Assembly (NCBI GenBank): GCA_964035545.1
Contig: OZ037766.1
Location: 13,010,722-13,074,721 of the forward strand
From: Bugula neritina
Taxonomy: Eukaryota; Animalia; Bryozoa
Reading direction: 5' to 3'
Length of the DNA: 64,000 bases
Of the stretch, positions 1-12,685 are shown in pieces (the stretch's first letter is position 1; each line of letters begins with the position of its first letter). The notes under the pieces were generated by a model that worked only from the letters and a program-made list of their open reading frames with translations, did no database searches and was not told the origin of the DNA. Both the position numbers and the translations under genes were made by a program.

Positions 1-316
1 GTGAACAAAAATGGAATTATTTTATGACTTTAAAAGTTCTTTGGCAATAATGGTTTCTAGCAATGATGAACGTATTATAACAGTGAAGAGCATACATTAC
101 TATCAACTGTCCCAAAATAAATAACAAACATATAAGAAGTCTTAGATATAAACAAACATTTTAGTGAGTTCAACAAGGTCCTTGTCATCACAATCAGTAT
201 TTCACCTACATATAGCATCCTTTTTCATATAACTATGAATAGTAACCTATATATCTGTGGTTCAGAGCAATATAGAATATGCACAATCACAGAGACAACA
301 TTTATTTAACTAACAG

Positions 317-1579
317 TTATTTAGTTTTTAAAGCATCTTCTAGGGTAGCTTTATCAAATCTGTGCTTCATCAATAATTTGCCATTGAAATGCACAACGGG
401 TATTTCGTATCTGTATCTTGCCTTCCAGAACTTATTTTCAGCAAGAGAAATGTCAATCTCTTTATAATCAACCTACAGTATTTAAGCATTCCAGTAAATA
501 AATTACATTCTGTGCCCATAATACATGAAATCTGTTGCAAACACCCTATATCAAAACGTGGAAAGATATTTGATTTCATCACTCAACAGTATCTACTTCA
601 CAACTTTTTCAAACATTACCAGACATTCTCATAGTAAAACACTGACTGTGCATTAAATAAAGGTAACAAGATTAGGATATCATTCTTGTATTTTAGCTAT
701 TAATAAAGTGCATAGCAATTAAACTGAGCTAAACTGAAGTTTCAAATAGAGTGATTTGTACAGCTAAACTTAATATTAAAATATTTATCTACAGTCATCT
801 ACCATCAATTACAATCCACTTGAACCAACTATAAAAAGGTATTTTCAAACCTACTATTCGTTAGTACCATTACAAAGCTCAGATTAACCTGTTGCAAACT
901 CACTACTAATTTTAGTTCCATAATTGGTGTGTAAATATTATTCCCACTATTACTGAACACTTGATAATGGGCATGTGAAAACATGAATGCACTTTCCATT
1001 TAGAATATTTTAAAACATGAATGTATTTGTTTTTTCTGTATATTTTAAAACTTGGCAACTTATGGTCAGCTTCTTTGAGACAAGTTTTAAAGTGCAGTAA
1101 AAGTTTAATTGGCATGATATTAAATGGGCCGCTGACCCCCCCCCCCTTGCTAACAGCAAAAATTATATGGGCATAATTTTGAAACTTGACACCACAAGTT
1201 ACTTTTAAACAATGATTTAAATTTAAGCATAAATCTTTAGTTGAAGTTTAAACAACTTTTCCACACCATGATTGTTGAAAAAATCCTAGCAAGTGAAGCA
1301 TTTCATTACTAGCTTGGCAAGAAATTAATCCTGCAGTATGCACTTTTACAGTAGGAAACAAATTTGTAACCTATTCAAACATACTTGATTTAAAACACTT
1401 ACTGCGGATTTATATGGCTCAATAGCTTCTTTCATTTCATCACACAAAGAGCATTCCCCTGATTTTGTAAACAATGTAAGAGATGGTCTAACATTATCAC
1501 AGGCTGTAGAAGACTGCCGGCACATACTCATACCTTTACAAACAAGTCTGCTAACCCGAAGACCACCAGCAGCATTCAT
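317..1579 (-). CDS. Glutaredoxin-like protein, C5orf63/YDR286C family; coding exons 1579-1403 and 472-317
   Basis: Spliced translation MNAAGG...PSLTLFTKSGECSLCDEMKEAIEPYKSA|VDYKEIDISLAENKFWKARYRYEIPVVHFNGKLLMKHRFDKATLEDALKTK*. It has a CxxC and the IPVVHFNG motif. GT-AG intron (gtaagt donor at 1402, tgtag acceptor at 473). An acceptor at 1586 implies upstream non-coding exon(s). Confidence 0.85.
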
Positions 1580-2387
1580 GTTTTCCTGTCAATGCAATAA
1601 GAAAAACAATGATAGCATAACAACAGACAATACAACATAGCATGCAAGTACAATAAGGAAATCTAAATACTCTTAGCCTCACCTGAAAAGTGTTGAGGCA
1701 TTAACCTTTTTATTTGTAGTTAATTGGAGCTAATTTATTAGCATTTTTGAATAACATATTTCATTATGTCAAAGACCATAAAATTGACTATCAGAAAATT
1801 TTCTGCAAACTAAATTTTGACTGATATTTACAGTCTGATATCCATGCTAATGACACACTTGAAGTATATAATAAATATTTTTTCAAACACAATATTATGT
1901 TCTTTCTATGACTGAAATCAAAGAGAAAAAAATGATGAATAGTCATGGTGACAAACAGCCATTGGTATTAAACTTGTATTTGAAACTTGACTACCACTTT
2001 ATTGATCCAGTTCGAAAACAAAAGAATTTAGGTACCTATATATAACTCTACTTTTTCTCCCTAGTTCTCTACAGCATTTACTTACCGTGTTACCAGATAA
2101 GGTCTTTTTCTGTGAAAGGTCACTCTTCTCTAATATTTTTCTTCATGGAGAGCATGCAGAAAGCATTGTGCTTCCAGAATTAAACCTATAAAGAAATAAT
2201 AACTCCGCCTTGCTTACTTTCATCAGCCAAAATCTTTTTGAACTTGCATCACTAAAATCTAGGAAAAAAATTACTGGATGACATTACTACACAAAATTAT
2301 AGAAAATTTGGCCTGCAATAGCATTCTATTTTGTCCTTGTGATGAGATGATTAACAACCAGTCAAACACAACTATGGTCACTAGATC

Positions 2388-2894
2388 AGTTTTATCCTAG
2401 ATGGACACTTCCCAGTTAGACGCTATTTTTTATTTTGGTGCAATTACATATAGTAACATACCTATATAAATGTTGCATTGATTACTAAATAGCTATAGCT
2501 TATAATAACTATCATAGCTAATATAAATTATCTGGAATAATATTCCAATTTTTATGGATATGTGTATGGAAAAAAGCAGTTATACATTAATAATAGATAT
2601 ATCATCTTCAATGAACACTTATTAACAAAATATCTTTTCAAACAACAAGAAGTATAGAAAATGCAAAATGAAGAAGTTAATGCAGATCAAAGGAATTTTT
2701 TATGTGCTAAATAACAAGCAATTGATCTAAGTTTATTTAAATCTATATAATTTATATATTTCAATAATATTTAAATAAAATGCACATAGAATATATATTG
2801 TACCAAAATAAATAAATAGTGTCTAACTGGGAAGCGTCCAAGTGGGAAATTTAGTCTAGCGTCTAATTGGGAAGTGTCCATCTGGGATGACACC
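2388..2894. mobile_element. Non-autonomous DNA transposon (Merlin-like MITE)
   Basis: ~37-bp TIRs: agttttatcctagatggacacttcccagttagacgct / agcgtctaattgggaagtgtccatctgggatgacacc. The 8-bp flanks actagatc and accagagc each differ by one base from the empty LINE site actagagc. GG..CC ends with an 8-bp TSD fit the Merlin superfamily. Confidence 0.75.
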
Positions 2895-3071
2895 ACCAGA
2901 GCTGAAGACAGTTGTTGTTGACATCAATATCTGCAAAGACGAGTGCTTACTGCTTACCACAAGTCACCACAGTTTTCTTCCTCAAACAATAAGAGATTTG
3001 AGAATAAATACTTTAAATAACAAATCAGGATAAGCTATGTGATGATTCACCATCATACCCACTGCAAGTGT

Positions 3072-3541
3072 GGTTTCATCCCACTTGGACGATTTTTTAA
3101 TTTTGGTACAATATATATAGTAATATACAAATATAACTGTTGCATTTACTGCTAACATGAAATAAGCTACCAAGCCAGCTATTTGCTTTAACTCCATACT
3201 AATTTAGCTAGAGTTTATTTTATTCAGAATAACAGATAACAGAATAAAATGCACAAATGCATTTCATGGTATATCACATACTGCTATATTACAACTTTTT
3301 CTTATTATATTTTGTCTATCTTTTACCGATAAGTTTAAGGTTTGTGCAAGATGGCTTCTTATAGAAGCATTGTTACTGTAAGTGGCTTACTGGTAGCTTC
3401 TTTGCTTTTTATTATGTGCTGAATAATAGCATAAAATACATATATTACACTAAAATCTATAAATATTGTCCAACTGGAAATCGTCTAACTGAGAAATATT
3501 GCAAATCTTCTCACTGGAAATCGTCTAAGTGGGATGACACC
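3072..3541. mobile_element. Non-autonomous DNA transposon (Merlin-like MITE), related family
   Basis: TIRs ggtttcatcccacttggacgattt / aaatcgtctaagtgggatgacacc, with a perfect 8-bp TSD gcaagtgt at 3064-3071 and 3542-3549. Confidence 0.85.
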
Positions 3542-3664
3542 GCAAGTGTAACCCACTGTTAAAGCTAATGTTATGAATGAGGCATTTAATTTTATGATTT
3601 CACTTAAAAAGTTTCATTTTGTAATAACTAGAAGTAAATGTTCTATCGAAACAGATTGAGTACT

Positions 3665-3998
3665 AAGACTTGTACATGTTAATGTTATTGCTATCATTAT
3701 GATTATCATTATGATTGTGGCTGCCAAAGATAAGTAAACTAAAAAAGTGTCATTTTCAGACTAAACATAAACTTTACCTTAAAGTTGAACTTGAACACAA
3801 TGATAATGTTAATCATAATGATAACGATAATCATAACTCGTAAGGATAAAGTTAAACTAAAACATCCTCATCAGACTTAGTCGTTATCCTATTTTTTATA
3901 AAATGGAACTATCATTATCACTATGATTAATATTATAAATATTGTAATTTATAATTATTAATAATAATAATATTATCATTATAATTATGATTATCAAT
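3665..3998. repeat. Degenerate hexamer-periodic (TNANWN)n tract
   Basis: Runs such as tcatta tgatta tcatta tgattg and tgataa tgttaa tcataa tgataa cgataa tcataa. Confidence 0.7.
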
Positions 3999-6900
3999 CA
4001 AATACTGAGAGAACAGGGTATTTGCTGCAGACTTGATGAGAGCAAAGAAATCCGAAATCAACAATTCCAGCTGAGGAAAGAAGTTAACAGGCTTAGAGAG
4101 GAAAATGCCTCTATGGCATATCGAGTGAGAGACATGCAGATGCAAGAAAAGCAAGCCTCGGGGGAATGGAAAGTGATGAAACAAGTCCAACAAAAGAAAG
4201 TGACGGAATGCTGAAAGTATTCCTTGCCAACACTAGATCTGTTAAAGGTAAAACCACTGAACTGCAATTTCTCACTACAGATTATGACATAATTTGTCTC
4301 ACTGAAACACGCCTAGATGACACAATACCTAATAGCAGTATTCTACCAATCAAGAACAAAACAGTATTTTGTCGTGATTCCAACATTTGTAGAAGTGGAG
4401 TTATGATGGCTGTGTGCGATATTTTAAATCCCAAACTAGTGGATCTTAGTGAGTATAGGGAAGAGGTGGTAGCAGTGAAAATTCAACCACGAATGGTCAT
4501 CTGCTGCTACTACAGACCTTATGTGCATCTCTCCAACACAGAGGTTATAAATGATATTTTGGATTACTTACAAAGAGAGTATCAGAGGCACACTATTTTG
4601 TTTGTTGGTGATATGAACTTTCCAGGGATTGACTGGAATACAGGAGCAGTAAAGCCCTTGACCCCATACAAAAGAATTCATCAGAATTTTCTTAATGTGC
4701 TAAATAGCCACAGAATGACTCAACTGGTAAAAGGATCAACACACCTTCTTGGTAATACACTGGACTTAATTTGCACCAATCAGCCAAACGTTATATGTGA
4801 CACTAAGATCATAAGCCCAGGTCTTAGTGATCATTCATTGATCATTGCTCATCTCCAAAGCGCAACCACCGCTACCCTGAGGAAACCACAAACTTTCAGG
4901 CTGTACAAGAAAGCCAATCAGTAAGCATTTCAGAAAGATATGCGAAAGACATCAGATGCATTAGCAGTTATGGAAGACCCAGAGGAAATGTGGAATCTCT
5001 TCACGGAAAACTTACAGAGAAATATTGAACAGCACGTCCCAATCAAAAAGCTGAAATCACCCCACCCCTCTGTCCCAGAATGGTTCAATAAACAAGCTAT
5101 GAAAATCAAAGAAAGCGTGCGGAAGGCACATAGGCGAACCAAAGTCAGCTCAAATAGCTTTGATCGTGAACAGTACAAAAAACTGAGATGAGACGGGAAG
5201 AAGGAGCTGGAAGCAATATGAAAAACCTTCTACACAAACAGAATATATTGTCCACTAAAAAGAGGGAACTCTAAGCCTTTCTTCAAACTGCTTAAAGCAG
5301 ACAAAAACAAACAAGAGCAATTGGTACTGAAGGACGAACAAAATATAGTGACCGGAGATCCTGTCCAATGCGCTGAGTTGTTGAACACTTTCTTCCAGAG
5401 TCAGTTCCAGCTGGGCTTCTTGGCAGAGGACTTCTTAAGGATCGAAACCGATGCCCAAGATTCTATTGATGTTACACCAAAAGGGGTTGCCAAACTAATC
5501 CAAAATTTGCCAAATGGAAAATCGCCAGGACCTGATGGAATTCGAAAGCCTGACTTGCTCATAGATTTGGAGGGTACTGCAAGATGTCTTGCTATGATCT
5601 ACAAAAGTTCCTTAAACACAGGTAGACTGCCATAACAGTAGAAACTTGCAAATGTCACACCAATACATAAAGGCGGGGACAGTGAATCTCCAAACAACTT
5701 TAGGCCCGTATCCCTGACAAGTATTCCTTGTAAAATGATGGAGCACATCGTGCTGCATCACCTCAATGAAAAGCTTGACAGTGTGCTTTATCATCGACAG
5801 CATGGTTTCAAGAGAGGACCGTCCTGCCAAACTCAACTGTGTGTTACCTACCACAACCTAGTAAAAGCAGCTGATGAGGGTCATACTACCCATGCAGTAG
5901 TTATGGATTTCAAAAAGGCTTTTGACAAGATACCTCACCTTATGTTACTCCAAAAATTGCAAGAGATATCGGGTATAAATGGATACATCCTTAACTGGAT
6001 ACTCGATTTTCTTTCCGACCGACAGCAGTCTGTTGTACTTAGAAGGGCAAGCTCAAAAGTGCCAAGTAACCTTAGGAGTGCCGCAGGGCTCTGTGCTAGG
6101 ACCAACTCTGTTTTTGTGCTATATAAATGATCTTCCGGATTTGTTGTCATGTAAAGTTAGCCTCTATGCTGATGACACCCTACTTTACCAAATTGTGAAC
6201 ACCATTAAGGATGCAGAACTATTCCAAACTAACAATAACGCTGTATATGAGTGGTCTATAATATGGAAAATGCCCTTCAATGAAAAGAAATGCCAAGCAA
6301 TTAATTTTGGTAAAGTAACCCCCATATCACACTACAAACTCGGTACCACATGCCTTGCGTGGGCAAAAAGCACTAAATACATTGGGGTAACCATCCAGTC
6401 AGACCTGAGATTTGATCAGTATATAAATAAGAAGTGTACCAAGTCCCGGAAAAGTCTTGGCGGTATCAAGCACTTGATGTATGATGCCCCAAAAGATGCT
6501 AAGCTATTGGCTTATACAAGTCTATGTAGGCCTATACTCGATTATGCAAATGTGGTTTGGGATCCTGCGGCTAGAAGTAAGGTGCATGATATAGAGCTGG
6601 TCCAGAACAGCGCCATACGGTTCATAAGCAATATGAGGTGAGGGATGAGTTAGGACTCCGGTCGCTGGAAGACAGACGAAAAAATCATCGACTGTGTTTA
6701 CTGACCCGAATTCTTCAAAATGAGGATCAACACCGATCTCTATCCAGAGTCTATGACGAGATTATTGAAGACAGGGAGCTTGTAACTGTAACCACTCGAG
6801 CGGCTGCCAGAGGAGAGCTTGTCTCTATATCATCTAGGAAAAACATATTCCACACTAGTTTTCTGCCACGAACAATTCGTGAAATTCGTGGAGAGTATGA

Positions 6901-7051
6901 TAACTAATTACAAAACGGCAAATGCTGCAACAAGTGCTAACCCTGGTCTAAGACTAAGTCTAATGTAAGTTGTAACTAGAGGCTTCCCTATAGACTCTCC
7001 AGTTGCTGCGGAAGTCCTACCTCAACTGAGGTAATAATAAACTGAGGTAAT
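3999..7051 (+). mobile_element. 5'-truncated, inactivated CR1/L2-group LINE (ORF1 tail, APE-RT ORF2 pseudogene 4166-6907, 3'UTR and tail)
   Basis: APE motifs LTET, GDMNFP and SDH; RT motifs QHGF, DFKKAFD, GVPQGSVLGP and YADD. In-frame stops at 4922, 5189, 5633 and 5639, a frameshift near 6045 and a deletion near 6635. Tail is actgaggtaat x2. Possible TSD tatcaat (3992-3998 / 7054-7060). Confidence 0.95.
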
Positions 7052-7183
7052 GATATCAATATGAATATGGATATTGTATCAAATTCAATAAATATAATAT
7101 TAATAAATTACAAATATAATATCATTATCATTATGATTATGATTCATGAATATGATCCTCGCAATTCAAAAGTTATAAACTAT

Positions 7184-10100
7184 CTCACTCTGTACTCACT
7201 CTGTGTCGATAGAACATTTAGATATCACAAAAATGTGTAAGTTAAATGCCTCGTTTATAACAGTGTGTTACAGTGGGTAGGCAGTGAATCAGCATATCAC
7301 TGATTTTTTAATTATTCATGAATATTTATTCTCAAATCCCGTATTGTTCGGGGAAGGAAGCTGTTGTGATAGACACTGGTCTTTGCAGATATTGATGTTA
7401 ACTGTCCTCTGCTCGCAGCTCTAGTGGTCATGGTTGTATTTAATCGGTTGTTGACGATCTCATCATAATTAGAAGATAAAGTATTATCGCTGGTTTCATT
7501 TTCTAGAATTTTGTGTAGTAATGTCATTCGATGGTTTCGTCTTCTGGATTCTAGTGGTGCCAGTTCAAGAAGATTTCTGGCTTCAGTGACACTTTCTCGT
7601 CCTTTAACAGTACTTATGAAGCGGACAGCCTTCCGTTGGACACTTTCTATGAATTCAATGGTCTGTTTACTGGTGGGATCCCATAGAGTGTCCCCATACT
7701 CCAGTACGGTCGACACAGGCTAGTGTATGCCAATAATCGGCTTTTGGTAGGTGCAGAATGTAGTGTGTATTTAATAGCCCCAAGAATGTTGGTTGCTTTG
7801 CTGGTTTTTTGAGCGATGTGTTGGTCAAACTTTAGATCTTGCTGGAGTGTGATACCAAGATAGCGAGTCTGGTCTGTCCAAGGTATGTCAGCATCACCTA
7901 GTTTATACGCGGGTGTTTGGCTTCTTTTGTTGAATGCTAATGCATGGCATTTGGATGCGTTAAATGGCATTTTCCATTTCTGCGACCATGCTTGTACAGC
8001 ATCAATGTTTTTTTGAAATTTTACCGATTCCTCGTAGCAGTTGACTTCCTGGTATAAGAGGGTATCATCTGCATAAAGGCTAACGTTACAAGTTACTACA
8101 TCTGGTAGATCGTTGATATATACAAGGAAGAGTGTAGGCCCTAAAACTGAACCTTGAGGTACTCCGGATGTCACATCGCACACACTCGACATTTGATTCT
8201 TTAGGACTACTCTCTGTTTTCGCCCTGTCAGAAAGTCTTGAATCCAGTTTAAAAGGGAGGGGTCTATATCAGGAATAGCTCTCAGTTTCTGCAGTAGCAA
8301 GCTATGTGGTACTTTGTCAAAAGCCTTTTTAAAGTCTAAGATAAGGGCATGTGTAATTTTGTTCTGTTCCATTGATTTAGCCAAATCATGGTAAGTGGCA
8401 CATAGTTGGGTCTCGCAGGACATACCTCTCCGGAACCCATGTTGCCGATGGTGAAGGAAGATATCCAGTTTTTTGTTGAGGTGATGAAGGACAATATGTT
8501 CAAGAATCTTACATGGTATTGATGTTAGGGAAATAGGCCTGTAATTGAACACTTGGTTAGCCTCTCCTCCTTTGTGAATTGGGGTCACATTTGCCAGTTT
8601 CCATTGGTCAGACAATCGGCCATATTTTATGGAGGCTCGATATATGTGGCTGAGACACTCAGCGGTGGTATGTATATCTATCATGAGGTCTGGTTTCCGG
8701 ATCCCATCCGGTCCTGGAGACTTACCATTTCCTAGTGAGATAATCAGCTTAGCAACACCATCTTCCGATATCTCTATTTTTTCATCAGGAGACTCCAATG
8801 GCGGGATACCATCAATACAGTGATCTTGACAAAATTGCTGCTGAAAGAAATTGTTCAACATGTTTGCACACTCACTGGGGTCATCCGAGGATTGGCCGTT
8901 TGTTTGGAGGCTCATTGGTGGAGGACACTGCATTCTTGTGTTTCTCAGGTGACGGTAGAAGGGCTTCGAGTTTCCTCGTGCGAGTGGGCCACATATTTTA
9001 TCCACAAGGAAATTAGTTTTCATCCGCCGAACCTCTTTTTTGGTCGTCCTCCGCTCTTGCTTATATTTTTTTAGGAAAAAGGAATCCCCAGTTTGTTTAT
9101 ATTTCTTATATGTTCTTCTTTGTTTAGAGACAAGTTTTTCAGCTGCTTTACCAAACCACTCAGGTTGACTGGTCTTTTTGCGATTAAGCTCTTTTGTAGG
9201 AACACAATCCTCTATGTTTGCCTGTAGTTGACTGGTGAAGAACAACCACATTTTGTTTGGATCCTCCATCCCTGCCAAGTTTTCACTGAGTTTCTGCATA
9301 CGCTCACAAAAGGTCTCTTCATCAGCCTCTTTGTATCGTTTCACAATGAATTTAGTGCTAGCTTTGTGCCGCTGGACCACAGGCTTTAATGTGCAACTTA
9401 CAATGTAGTGATCACTTAAGCCAGGTTGAATGATGTCAGTATCCAAGACGTAGCCATGTGTATTAATGCAGATGAGGTCTAATGTGTTTCCCTTGACATG
9501 AGTTGGCTCCAAAACCATCTGGCTCAGCATAAATTCATCCAGGATATTGATAAACTCCCTGTGAATGTGCTTGTGTTGGCATTCAGGTTTCACTAGTTTT
9601 TGTTTCCAATCAATACCTGGGAGGTTGAAGTCCCCAGTCAGGATCAGCACATGGCTAGGGAATTTGCTTGTTATGTTCTCAAGGATGGTGTGTAGTTTGT
9701 TCATATTCCTTAGGTGTACATAAGGTCTATAGAGACAGCAGATGATGGTTTGCGGTTCCATTGCTACAACTAATACTTCCTCTTTGAGGTCGTCAATGTT
9801 TATTTTCATTGGTTTCAGGTCACGATCCAAGGCAAGTAGTACTCCTCCTCCATGTAGGGTTCTGTCTCTTCTAAATACTTTCTTGCTTGGGTCTTCAATG
9901 ATGCAACAGTCCGGAACTGTTTCATCTAAGTGGGTTTCAGTTAAGCAGATAATGTTATATTTATTTGTTAAGGCAGTTATTTCAGCAGTTTTGCCTTTGG
10001 CTGATCTAGTATTTGCGAGAAAAAGTTTTAGCATGTTGTCTCCTTTGTTTGAATGAGAGCAGGGTTCAGCGGGCGCCATTCCCCCGATTGGAGTCGCTCT

Positions 10101-10262
10101 TCCATCCCAACTCTGGTTTCCCGGGTTCTGATGCGGTACTGTCTGTTTGCATTTGCGTCATCTTCTTTAAGTCTGCGAATTTGATCACGAAGTTGAAATT
10201 CTTTATCGCGCATCTCTTTACTGGTATCAAGCTTACAGAAAACTCCTGTAGTCCTTGTATCC
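7184..10262 (-). mobile_element. 5'-truncated CR1/L2-group LINE with near-intact ORF2 (10079-7312, one frameshift near 7705)
   Basis: An 810-aa ORF with APE and RT (YADD) continues in the 7312-7716 ORF to SFLPRTIRD. ORF1 tail GVFCKLDTSKE..QSGEWRP is present. Tail is acagagtgag x2. Confidence 0.95.
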
Positions 10263-10369
10263 TATCAATATGAATAATAAAAATATGATATCAATCATCC
10301 AAGGATCACGATTGCTTTATAATTATTTCCTAATTGAGAAAAAATTAATATTTTAGTTTAGTGGAAGGT

Positions 10370-10900
10370 AACCGACTAACTGGGTACAGTCAAAGAGTTA
10401 AGTTCAACAGTCAAAGGGTTAATACTAACAGATCACGCCGTTCTCCGAAACACTAACTTTAATCTGATTCCTGCTGAAACGAGTTGGCGGTCACTCATTG
10501 AATTGGTTGGGCGGGCTCGAGTTTGGTGTTGGGACTTGGTGTTCGGACCATCGAACTCAATAATATTCCAGCTCAGTGGTTCGGACAATAATATCTATAC
10601 AAATCTGCACACATTCATACCAGCTAGGTGCTGGTTTTAGCGTTATTTAATTTATCCAATTTGGGACCCCTCAGAGACCACCATCGTTGTGCTGCTTCAA
10701 GCTATTTTAAAAAACCTCAAGCTGAATAATTATAATATTAAAGCCTCTGCAAGGTGAAGGGCAACATAAATCTCGCGTTTACATTTATTATTATTGCCCT
10801 TGTCGAAAGTTCAACAGCCGTGGATAGAGTAGTGACAACTGCCCCTAAATCATGATTCAATACTTGGCTCAGTACACAGTTTTAGCTGTATGCCCAAGTA
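10370..10900. promoter_or_regulatory. Probable bidirectional promoter and first non-coding exons of C5orf63-like (-) and NAT9 (+)
   Basis: Local CpG/GC enrichment; attgg (CCAAT) and gggcgg (GC box) at ~10502-10515. Candidate donors: minus-strand gttagt at 10380 and plus-strand gtaaat at 10898. The region lies between divergent genes. Confidence 0.5.
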
Positions 10901-10959
10901 AATGAAATAGCAATAAATTTTCATCATTTATAGCAGTTATCTGCTTTAGCTTATCACCA

Positions 10960-11830
10960 ACTTCAAGTGATCACTATAAGTATAAGTATAAACCATTACT
11001 GATTACCATGTCATACTGAATCTGATAATCATAGTGATACTCAGTCTCATACTGATACTGATGCCGATGGGCTCAGGCTGTGATAGTGATGCTCGTAAGC
11101 TTTTCATTTTAGTTTTAAACATTAAGTTTAAGTGATTGTCATTATAATAATCAAATTGCGATTATGACTATCATTATCATAAAGTGATTATCTTTACGAC
11201 TATTACTATTACTATTAGTAATAGTATTACTATTAGTATAAGTATTAGTATTAATATTATCATTGATGATTGAATTTGATTATTGTGTTTATTACTAATA
11301 CTAATAGTAATACTATTAGTATTAGTATTACTACAGTATTAGTTATAACTTCAAGTCTAATATTACTATTACTAATAGTAATACTAATAGTAATAGACAT
11401 ACTGATAGTAAAATACTAACATAAACAGTAATACCTAATAATCATAATGATGCTAATAGTAATACTAATAGTTATACCCATAGGCCATAGGCATAGTGTC
11501 AGATTCAAATTACACTTAATAATATGTCTTATTATTATTACTATTAGTCTTAGACAGTTAAACTCAATGTTATTACTTACAGTTATAGATATTACTCTCA
11601 CTAAAAGTAAATTAAAATTGCTAAAGCATAGAGGTATTATTATTAGTATTACTATTAGTATTATTATAACTTTGTAAGTAAAGCTAAAACCAAGAATGGT
11701 AGCTAAATAACTAATTTACTAAGTTAAAGTTATTTAGTAAGAGTAAGCATTACAGATTACTATTGGTATTAGTATTACATTTAATGATTTATTTAGTTAC
11801 TAACTAATACTACTAGTATTAGTATTAGTA
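10960..11830. repeat. Degenerate hexamer-periodic (TNANWN)n tract in NAT9 5' intron
   Basis: tgatac tcagtc tcatac tgatac tgatgc; taatac taatag taatac; ttagta ttagta ttacta. Confidence 0.8.
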
Positions 11831-12685
11831 GTATTACTTTAATTAATATGATTCTTGCTTTAGTTTATACAATAGCATAAACTGAAAAAAGTTTTGTGGA
11901 AATCCTTGACACTCACAGTGACACCTATTATCACTCAAGACGGTTTTGTTATTTGATGTTTGGGTACACTGTGCTGTGCATCTGGGTATTGGCAATTAGT
12001 TTATTGGTAATCGTCAGCTATTTCAATGTTATGTTTCTCAAGCTTAAAGGTGTTATAAAAGTTTATAAAGCAGCTCTCGTAGATATGAGGATGTGTTGCT
12101 CTACAGTTTACAGTCAGTAATTCTTTAGCGTAGCTCTGTTGCAATAGTCTGAAGAAGCAGCACTGAAGGCAAATATGGTGTTTGCAGCTAAAGTTTCGGT
12201 TTTGTTATCCTTATTCTTTGCCAGCCAAACTTGTTCAATATGCCCTTATAGGGGCATATTGAGCTTTTTTTTTATAGAAAAATAGTACCAGTGTACCCCA
12301 TGCTTGTCTGTTTTCTTGTCTAAGTGCGATTTTTATTATTCTGCTTTTGACAATTGAGTTAATAAAAATACTGTGCCGATGAGCGCAATTCATAAATCAA
12401 GTCAAATTTCTGTGGATATAGAAAAATGGTTAATTTAAAAATAACTATATGATCACAGTTGCACATATTATTCTTTTTGCATTTGAATTATTGCCGATGC
12501 AATCTTGTGTTTCGCATAGAAGCCAAGGTTTAAGTTAAAATTAGTAGATGGCAGAGCTTGTGTACTTAAACTATTATACAAGGTATTTTCACCTCTTTGA
12601 TTTTGGCAAGTTTATTAAAAAGGTACCTAGTTAGACTTGCTACATTGACTACTGCATTTACAGTGAGCTGGTTGATGAAAAAGCA

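Larger units (their letters stand above)
2222..3663 (+). mobile_element. Degenerate 3' remnant of a CR1/L2-group LINE (same subfamily as 7184-10262), interrupted by two MITEs
   Basis: Fragments NLFELASLKSRKKNYWMTLLHKIIEN, DEMINNQSNTTMVTR and TSISAKTS..HSFLPQTIRDLRIN match the ORF2 C-terminus of the 7312 copy. The 3'UTR motifs gaggcattta...taaatgttctatcga.acaga.tgagtac also match. Confidence 0.85.

Noticed and set aside
2086-2258. Minus-strand exon-like segments upstream of C5orf63-like (possible uORF)
   Set aside because: Part is antisense LINE remnant and no recognisable peptide results. They may be UTR exons, but I cannot support that.
8553-10273. Several plus-strand ORFs over the minus-strand LINE (similarly antisense ORFs over the other LINEs and the GPCR)
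   Set aside because: They are shadow ORFs of real coding sequence on the opposite strand.
10568-10586. cagctcagtggttcgga, resembling tRNA A/B boxes
   Set aside because: The boxes are fused with no cloverleaf arms, so this is not a tRNA.
11416-11677. ORFs rich in alternating I/T/S/L (also 19068-19298, 19884-20069, 61994-62227)
   Set aside because: These are translation artefacts of the 6-bp periodic tracts, with no splice context or protein family signal.
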